Shown here piece by piece: positions 57,615 through 64,000 of a DNA stretch of 64,000 bases; position 1 is the stretch's first letter, and each line of letters starts with the position of its first letter. Location of the stretch: NCBI GenBank assembly GCA_964441745.1, contig CAYTYR010000013.1, positions 1 through 64,000 of the forward strand, written 5' to 3'. The stretch comes from an uncultured Clostridia bacterium (lineage in GTDB: Bacteria; CAYTYR01; UBA6262). A program made the translations under genes and the position numbers. A model generated the notes under the pieces. It saw only the letters and a list, made by a program, of their open reading frames with translations. It had not been told where the DNA came from and did no database searches.

Positions 57615-57624
57615 TGTTTTTCTC

Positions 57625-58953
57625 CTATCCGATCAAGACTTTTTCTTCGGCATTCGTATATAATTCCTGTCCCTTTTTTTCCATCACGGCCATCCCCAGG
57701 GTCAGCGGGCCGACCCGGCCAAAATACATGGTGACAGCGATCAAGAGCTTGCCCAAGCCGGAAAAATAGCCAGACAAACTGATGGACCCGCTTGGCGCCG
57801 CGGACAATCCGACCGTACCAAAAGCGCTGACCACCTCAAACAAAATACGCAGGAAATCCTGTTTCTCAATTATGGACAAGCCCATAGTGACCAAGACCAC
57901 CAGTAATATGGCGATTATCGGCAGGACAAAAGACTTGCGCACTATTTCCCCGGGCATCTTGCGGTTATAAATATTAACATTGTATTTCCCGCGCAAAGTA
58001 TAATGCACACTGGCAATCATGATGCCAAACGTGGTAGTTTTAATACCCCCGCCGGTACCGCCGGGTGAAGCTCCAATAAACATGAGTATAATAACAAAAA
58101 ATAAGGTGGCTGGCTGCATCAAACCATAAGTGACTGTATTAAAACCAGCGGTCCGGGGAGTTACTGCCTGGAAATAACTGACCAGGATTTTTTTACCCAG
58201 TGGTAAATTAGCTAAAATAGCCGCATTTTTATATTCCAGGATAAAAATAACCAAAGTCCCGAGCAGCAGCAAGATCCCGGTAATTTTCAAAGCCAGCCGG
58301 GTATGGATAGATAGCTTCTGTCTTTGGCGATAGCTTTGTAATTCACTGATGACGATAAAGCCCAGGCCGCCAATAATGATCAGGGAAGTGATCATCAGGT
58401 TAACGACTACATCAGTGGAATAACGGGAAAGGTTACTGGAAAAGGTACTGAACCCGGCATTGCAGAAAGCGCTGACACTGTGGAACAAGGCATGGCCAAA
58501 GGCTTCTTTGACCGGAAACTCCCGGCTCCAATGGATAGTTAAGAGAAGAGTGGCAAAACCTTCGATCAATAAAGTAATTTTTACGATATACTTGATGAAA
58601 CTACCCAGGTCAGCCAGGCTATATTGGTTCACGCCTTCCTGTATATTTAATTTGTCTTTGATGTTTAATTGTTTGTTAAAAAGCAGGAACATCATAGTCG
58701 CCAGGGTAATATATCCCAGCCCGCCTATTTGGATCAAAAGCAGTATAATGCTTTTCCCCCATAGTGAAAAATGGGTAGATGTATTCACCGTGACCAGCCC
58801 TGTGACACAGATCGCGCTGGTCGAAGTGAACAAGGCATCAATAAAATGAGTGGCTTCCCCCTTGGCATTGGCAAACGGCATAGTCAACAATAAAGCCCCG
58901 AGCAAGATCAAAGAAGCAAACCCGATCGCTAAAACTTTATGTGGGGTAAACAT
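57625..58953 (-). CDS. ktrB: Ktr/Trk potassium uptake membrane subunit
   Basis: SAICVTGL, SAFCNAGF, RTAGF, GGTGGGIK and SAFGTVGLS motifs. Confidence 0.93.
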   Translation of the reverse strand: MFTPHKVLAIGFASLILLGALLLTMPFANAKGEATHFIDALFTSTSAICVTGLVTVNTSTHFSLWGKSIILLLIQIGGLGYITLATMMFLLFNKQLNIKDKLNIQEGVNQYSLADLGSFIKYIVKITLLIEGFATLLLTIHWSREFPVKEAFGHALFHSVSAFCNAGFSTFSSNLSRYSTDVVVNLMITSLIIIGGLGFIVISELQSYRQRQKLSIHTRLALKITGILLLLGTLVIFILEYKNAAILANLPLGKKILVSYFQAVTPRTAGFNTVTYGLMQPATLFFVIILMFIGASPGGTGGGIKTTTFGIMIASVHYTLRGKYNVNIYNRKMPGEIVRKSFVLPIIAILLVVLVTMGLSIIEKQDFLRILFEVVSAFGTVGLSAAPSGSISLSGYFSGLGKLLIAVTMYFGRVGPLTLGMAVMEKKGQELYTNAEEKVLIG

Positions 58954-58989
58954 GTATTATTTCACCCTACCCTTCTTGAGCCAGCGGAC

Positions 58990-59349
58990 TTAAACTGCTA
59001 ATTGCTGCTTGGCCACTTCCACCAGAGCGGTAAAAGCTTTGGCATCATTTACTGCCAGGTCAGCCAGAATTTTCCGGTCAATACCCACCTGTGCCTTTTT
59101 CAAGCCATTCATCAAACGGTTATACGATAAGCCATTAATGCGGGCCGCGGCATTGATCCTGATGATCCAGAGCGCGCGAAAATCTCTCTTTTTTGCCCGC
59201 CGGTCACGGTAAGCATAATCCAAACTTTTATCTACCTGCTCTGTAGCATGACGGTAGAGCTTGGATTTTCCCATCCGGTACCCTTTGGCCCTTTTAAATA
59301 TTTTCTTTTTCCACGCACGCGTGGTCTTGCCGCTTTTTACTCTTGACAT
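58990..59349 (-). CDS. rplT: 50S ribosomal protein L20
   Basis: MSRVK and [22 protein letters not shown] motifs. Confidence 0.98.
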   Translation of the reverse strand: MSRVKSGKTTRAWKKKIFKRAKGYRMGKSKLYRHATEQVDKSLDYAYRDRRAKKRDFRALWIIRINAAARINGLSYNRLMNGLKKAQVGIDRKILADLAVNDAKAFTALVEVAKQQLAV

Positions 59350-59369
59350 AATTAATCCTCCAAATTTTT

Positions 59370-59449
59370 CGGCGTATAGCGTGTAGCGTTTAGCGTATAG
59401 ATTTTGCTTTTCTATCCGCTCTACGCTCTACGCTCTACGCTTGACGCTA
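59370..59449. repeat. Family A heptamer palindrome, empty copy between rpmI and rplT
   Basis: CGGCGTA TAGCGTG TAGCGTT TAGCGTA TAG-ATTTTGCTTTT-CTA TCCGCTC TACGCTC TACGCTC TACGCTT GACGCTA. Confidence 0.9.
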
Positions 59450-59451
59450 TT

Positions 59452-59649
59452 CTAAGCGTACGGCATTAATTTTTTAACCATTTTTGTATCAGTTAAATTA
59501 AGCATTCCGCTTTTGCGCAAGGTTCTTAATTTCTTGGTTTTCTTTTTCGTCAAAATATGACGGGCATGCGATTTTTTGTACCTGATCTTGCCGGTACCTG
59601 ATATACGGAAACGTTTCTTAGCCCCGCTATGGCTTTTTATTTTTGGCAT
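59452..59649 (-). CDS. rpmI: 50S ribosomal protein L35
   Basis: MPKIKSHSGAKKRF..GTGK and HILTKK motifs. Confidence 0.98.
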   Translation of the reverse strand: MPKIKSHSGAKKRFRISGTGKIRYKKSHARHILTKKKTKKLRTLRKSGMLNLTDTKMVKKLMPYA

Positions 59650-59673
59650 GTAATGCTCCTTATTTGATTTTAC

Positions 59674-60189
59674 TTATTTTTTTGCTGGCCCCAGCAACAT
59701 GAACATGGTATTTCCTTCCATTTTTGGATTCTGTTCAATAGTTGCGGTAAGGGCAAAACGTTCTTCAATGTTCTTCATAATGCCCACTCCCAGGTCCATA
59801 TGGGCCATTTCCCTGCCCCTGAACTGCATAGCGATCTTTACTTTGTCGCCTTCGGCCAGGAATTCTTCCGTATGGCGCAATTTTACATCCAGGTCATGGA
59901 GACCAATTTTTGGCCGGATCTTTATTTCCTTAACATGGATCACTTTATGGCTTTTCTTGGCCTTTTTTTCTTTCTTTTCCTGTTCATACCGATATTTGCT
60001 GTAATCCATTATTTTGCAAACCGGCGGTGTCGATTGGCCGGATATTTCTACCAGGTCTAACCCTTTTTCTGCTGCCAAGCTCATGGCTTGGGCTAGCGCC
60101 ACTATGCCCATGGGCTGTCCGGCATCATCGATCAACCTTACTTCATTAGCTCTGATCCGTTCATTGATCCTTAACTCTTCTCTAGCGAT
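59674..60189 (-). CDS. infC: Translation initiation factor IF-3, AUC start
   Basis: The frame extends 18 codons upstream of the track start (IAREELRINERIRANEVR) to an ATC 7 nt after GAGGAG; LDLVEI..PPVCKIMDY and FRGRE motifs. Confidence 0.93.
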   Translation of the reverse strand: MAREELRINERIRANEVRLIDDAGQPMGIVALAQAMSLAAEKGLDLVEISGQSTPPVCKIMDYSKYRYEQEKKEKKAKKSHKVIHVKEIKIRPKIGLHDLDVKLRHTEEFLAEGDKVKIAMQFRGREMAHMDLGVGIMKNIEERFALTATIEQNPKMEGNTMFMLLGPAKK

Positions 60190-60224
60190 AACGACTCTCC
60201 TCTCTGAATGGCCTAGCCACTCAT

Positions 60225-60368
60225 TAAAAAATAATCGCTGATGCCCCCACCGTAAAGGGAACTATTATCAGCGATAAAATAGAAGATTATCATATGATAA
60301 CCTTTTGGCTTATAGCGCAGCATTACTGCACTAACCATACGGTGAGAAGTTATTAGCTTCTTCTTTCA
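60225..60368 (-). ncRNA. Ribosomal protein L20 leader with terminator hairpin
   Basis: AGAAGCUAAUAACUUCUCACC resembles the Firmicutes L20 leader; AUCGCUGAU...AUCAGCGAU is followed by UAUUUUUU; lies upstream of infC-rpmI-rplT. Confidence 0.7.
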
Positions 60369-60376
60369 TAGGTTAG

Positions 60377-60405
60377 CTTATATCATATTCCCCGGGCCTT
60401 GTCAA
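60377..60405 (-). promoter_or_regulatory. infC operon promoter
   Basis: TTGACA-N17-TATAAG with extended TG; the -35 box overlaps the dnaE stop. Confidence 0.7.
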
Positions 60406-63400
60406 GACATAAATTGCACTGAGCCCTTACCGAGCAAGCTCTCTATTTCCTGTTGAAACGTCACCATTGCGCTGACGCGCATAGTACTGTCCGGAGAGAC
60501 TACTACTTCACCAGTATGAGGGGTCTGCAAATGCAGGTATACGGGGCAGATACCCGGATATTTAGCCATAGTTGCTTTGAGTTTAGCCAGGTAATCCTGT
60601 TCCAGGCCAACAGTCTTAATATGTATGTGGATGGATTGGGTTAACCGTTCCCGGGCTTGTTCCAGGGGTATGATCCGATCCAGTATCACCTGGGTTTCAG
60701 CCCGTCTTTTATCCAGCTGCCCGCAAACGATCACTGTTTGGTCAGTTTTGATCAAGCTATTAATACCTGGGTTATTGTAGTTATCAGGAAAAACTACTAC
60801 CGGGATCTCGCCTTTCAGATCTTCCAGTACAAAGACCGCCATTTTCTCATTTTTCTTGGTAAAAAGCATTTTGACTTTTTTAATGATCCCGCCTACCCTG
60901 ATCGGTTGTTTTTCAGGGATATTGGCCACGGCCAGCAGATCAGTGGTAGTATACATCTGGAGTTCTTCAGCAAAACGAGCTAAAGGATGGCCGGTCATAT
61001 AGAAACCGAGGACTTCCCTTTCACCTTCCAGTAATTTGTTTTCATGCCATTCTTTATGATGGAATTCCCCTGTCTCTGCCCGGGTCTCTTCCACCGGCAG
61101 GTCATCCAGAAACGAGGTCTGGCCACTAATGATATCCTGTTGGAGCACTGCGGCTTTTTGTATTACCTTTTCCAGGGTATCGAACATTTCCATCCTGGTG
61201 GATCCTAATTGGTCCAGGGCGCCGCATTTGATCAAACTCTCCACTACCCGCTTATTAACGGCATGCAGATCAACTTTTTTACAAAAATCATAAAAACTGG
61301 TAAAAGGACCTTCTTTTTGCCTGGCTTTGACCAGAGAGTCAATAGCGCCCTCACCGACATTTTTTACCGCGGCCAAACCAAACCGGATACTTTCTCCCTC
61401 AACTTTAAAATTGGCAAAACTGAAATTTACATGAGGCGGGCCAATAGTAATGCCCAGATCTTTAGCTTCTTCGATATACAACACTATATCATCCTGGTTG
61501 CCTATTTCGCTGGTCAGTAAGGCGCTCATGAATTCCAGGGGATAATGTGCTTTTAAATAGGCTGTCTGGTAGGCAAGGTAGGCATAAGCTGCCGCATGAG
61601 ATTTGTTAAATCCATAACCGCCAAACTGGGCCATCAGGTCAAAGAGTTTTGTGGCTTTTTCTGTCTTGATCTTGTTCTTTTGCGCCCCTTCCAGAAAATG
61701 TTTGCGCTCTTTTTCTATAGCTTCCGGGTTCTTTTTACCCATCGCCCGCCTTAAGATATCCGCTTGCCCGGCGCTAAAGCCGGCCACGGCCATGGCTATT
61801 TGCATTACCTGCTCCTGGTAGACGATGACGCCATAAGTTTCTTTCAGGATCGGTTCCAGCATTGATAAGTCATATTTAACCGGGATTTTTCCGTGCTTGC
61901 GTCCGACAAAATCATCCAACATCCCGCTGCCCATCGGCCCAGGGCGGTACAGCGCGATCAACGCAATAATATCTTCCATGCTGGTGGGCTGGATTTTGCG
62001 CACCAAGTCACGCATGCCACTGGAATCAAGCTGGAAGATACCCAGGGTTTGGCCGCGGCTCAATAATTCATAGGTTTGCTTATCGTCTAAAGGTATTTTG
62101 TTGATATCAATTTTGACCTGGCGGTCCGCAGCTAATGTTTTACAGGCCGAGTCAATGACTGTCAGCGTCCTCAAACCCAGGAAATCTACTTTCAACAAAC
62201 CCATAATATCAGCCAGTGTTTTACCGTCATACTGGGTGGTCACTTGCCCTTTGGAGTTTTTGCTCAATGGCACATAATTAGTCAATTCGTCCTTCGTGAT
62301 CACGATCCCGGCCGCATGCTTGGATGAATGCCTGGTTAAACCTTCTAAAGTGTACGCCACCTGGAACAGTTGTTTAAGTTCAGGACTGGAACTCATGCTC
62401 TTTTTTAGGTCTGCATTCTGGTTGGCTGCATCAGTCAGGGTCATCCCCGGATCATTAGGGATCAATTTAGCTAAACGATCGGCCTCATCCAGGGAAATAT
62501 TCATTACCCTGGCGACATCCCGCACTACCAGTTTTGCGCCCAGCGTACCAAAAGTGATGATCTGGGCGACATTTTTTTCTCCATATTTGTTGCGGACATA
62601 ATTAATAACCTCTTCGCGTCCGTCATCACTGAAGTCAATATCCAGGTCAGGCATACTAACCCGGTCCGGATTCAAGAAACGTTCAAACAGCAGGCCATAC
62701 CGCAGCGGATCAATATCAGTGATCGCCAGGCTATAAGCGACTAAACTGCCGGCGCCGCTGCCCCGTCCCGGGCCTACCGGGATACCATGTGTCTTGGCAT
62801 AATGGATAAAATCCCAGACGATCAAAAAATACGCTGAATAGCCCATCTTTTTAATAACGCTGAGCTCGTAATCTATTCTTTTTAATATTTCCGGCGTTAC
62901 TTGGTCATAACGCTTTTTTAAACCATCTTTGCATAGTTTCTCCAGGTAAGTGTCCAAGTCATAACCATTTGGCACGGCAAAGGCGGGCAAAGACACCTGG
63001 GAAAAGTTCAGTTCCAGATGGCACTGGTCAGCAATAACCAGAGTGTTTTTACAAGCCTGCGGCACTTCGGCAAAAAGTCTCTCCATTTCCTGAGGCGATT
63101 TAAAGTAGAATTCATTGGTAGAAAGATGCATCCTATCCTCATCGGTGATCCTTTTGCCGGTACCGATGCACATGAGCACTTCATGGGCAAACGAATCTTC
63201 TTTGCGCAAATAATGTATATCATTGGTGGCCACCAGGCCGACTTTTTCACGCTGGGCCAGGGCAGCCAGCTGTTTTCCTACCTTATGTTCTTCTTCTAAG
63301 CCATGATCCATTATTTCCAGATAGAAATTACCGTCTCCAAATATCTGTTTATATTCAAATAAAGCCATCCTGGCTTGTTCCTCATTATCTTGCAGCAAAC

Positions 63401-63845
63401 TATTGGAGATCTCCCCTTTCAGGCAGCCGCTCATGGCGATCAGGCCTTTGCTGTACTTGGCTAAGACCTCCTTATCGACACGCGGGCGGTAATAGAACCC
63501 TTCCAAAAAGGAAATAGTGCTCAATTCTAAGAGATTTTTGTATCCTTGCAGGTCTTTAGCCAGGAGGGTAAGATGAAAGGCTGCTTCACCGATACCATTG
63601 CTGCTGCGGTCAAAGCGGGATTTAGGAGCAACATACATTTCACTGCCAATGATCGGCTTAATACCGTTCTTCATTGCTTCTTTATAGAACAGCACTGCCC
63701 CGAAAAGGTTCCCATGGTCAGTAATAGCTACTGCCGGCTGGTTCATAGCGCCGGCAGTCTTGACTAACTTCTCGATACTGATGGCCCCATCCAGGAGGCT
63801 ATACTCTGTGTGATTGTGCAAATGGACAAAATCAGCTTTTTTCAT
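60402..63845 (-). CDS. dnaE: DNA polymerase III alpha subunit
   Basis: PHP domain HLHNHTEYSLLDG; GRGSGAGS, PDLDIDF and GYGFNKSHA motifs. Confidence 0.98.
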   Translation of the reverse strand: MKKADFVHLHNHTEYSLLDGAISIEKLVKTAGAMNQPAVAITDHGNLFGAVLFYKEAMKNGIKPIIGSEMYVAPKSRFDRSSNGIGEAAFHLTLLAKDLQGYKNLLELSTISFLEGFYYRPRVDKEVLAKYSKGLIAMSGCLKGEISNSLLQDNEEQARMALFEYKQIFGDGNFYLEIMDHGLEEEHKVGKQLAALAQREKVGLVATNDIHYLRKEDSFAHEVLMCIGTGKRITDEDRMHLSTNEFYFKSPQEMERLFAEVPQACKNTLVIADQCHLELNFSQVSLPAFAVPNGYDLDTYLEKLCKDGLKKRYDQVTPEILKRIDYELSVIKKMGYSAYFLIVWDFIHYAKTHGIPVGPGRGSGAGSLVAYSLAITDIDPLRYGLLFERFLNPDRVSMPDLDIDFSDDGREEVINYVRNKYGEKNVAQIITFGTLGAKLVVRDVARVMNISLDEADRLAKLIPNDPGMTLTDAANQNADLKKSMSSSPELKQLFQVAYTLEGLTRHSSKHAAGIVITKDELTNYVPLSKNSKGQVTTQYDGKTLADIMGLLKVDFLGLRTLTVIDSACKTLAADRQVKIDINKIPLDDKQTYELLSRGQTLGIFQLDSSGMRDLVRKIQPTSMEDIIALIALYRPGPMGSGMLDDFVGRKHGKIPVKYDLSMLEPILKETYGVIVYQEQVMQIAMAVAGFSAGQADILRRAMGKKNPEAIEKERKHFLEGAQKNKIKTEKATKLFDLMAQFGGYGFNKSHAAAYAYLAYQTAYLKAHYPLEFMSALLTSEIGNQDDIVLYIEEAKDLGITIGPPHVNFSFANFKVEGESIRFGLAAVKNVGEGAIDSLVKARQKEGPFTSFYDFCKKVDLHAVNKRVVESLIKCGALDQLGSTRMEMFDTLEKVIQKAAVLQQDIISGQTSFLDDLPVEETRAETGEFHHKEWHENKLLEGEREVLGFYMTGHPLARFAEELQMYTTTDLLAVANIPEKQPIRVGGIIKKVKMLFTKKNEKMAVFVLEDLKGEIPVVVFPDNYNNPGINSLIKTDQTVIVCGQLDKRRAETQVILDRIIPLEQARERLTQSIHIHIKTVGLEQDYLAKLKATMAKYPGICPVYLHLQTPHTGEVVVSPDSTMRVSAMVTFQQEIESLLGKGSVQFMS

Positions 63846-64000
63846 TGTTTATTGCCGATCATTGCTTCAGCCGACGAGATCTGGGCCAAACGCTGTCCGG
63901 CCTGTTTAGCTGTCTTATTGACCGGATTGATCATCATGGCTTTCTGATAACTGTCTTTGGCCTTTTCCATGTCCCCGGCACCCTCACAAGCCAGTCCCAG
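63842..64000 (-). CDS. C-terminal fragment of a TPR-like protein (cut by the window edge)
   Basis: LGLACEGAGDMEKAKDSYQKAMMINP...KQ*; its TGA overlaps the dnaE ATG. Confidence 0.65.
   Translation of the reverse strand: MGLACEGAGDMEKAKDSYQKAMMINPVNKTAKQAGQRLAQISSAEAMIGNKQ

Noticed and set aside
1066-63767. The many plus-strand and alternate-frame ORFs in the track
   Set aside because: They are shadows of well-supported minus-strand genes; only rpsT is credible on the plus strand.

Overview
Bacterial window, almost entirely coded on the minus strand. The organism is a diderm (LptE, TonB-dependent receptor, OmpA-domain protein, PorV-like barrel) with Firmicutes-like housekeeping features (rny-ymdB, L20 leader, folD-xseAB-ispA-dxs-tlyA order). 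That mix suggests Elusimicrobiota or a related candidate phylum, which is inference only. The left half (0.7-29 kb) is a large putative beta-1,3-glucan locus with no SusC/SusD pair. It holds three clan GH-A enzymes, a GH81, seven CBM-like proteins (four in tandem), a large barrel-type protein fused to OmpA, a PorV-like protein next to CTD-bearing enzymes, a sugar ABC transporter, a TonB receptor and a poly-HAMP chemoreceptor. The right half (29-64 kb) is housekeeping (uvrC, murJ, rpsT, holA, lptE, leuS, tlyA, dxs, ispA, xseAB, folD, ymdB, rny, rarA, 6S RNA, zapAB, pheST, ktrAB, rplT, rpmI, infC with an AUC start, dnaE), with toxin-antitoxin and defence insertions around xseA. The most unusual signal is a set of intergenic palindromes built from short tandem repeats. 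One copy encloses a four-helix-bundle gene, another is an empty version with exactly matching junctions, and other families nest inside each other and donate codons to neighbouring genes. All calls come from manual reading and motif recognition; no searches were run.
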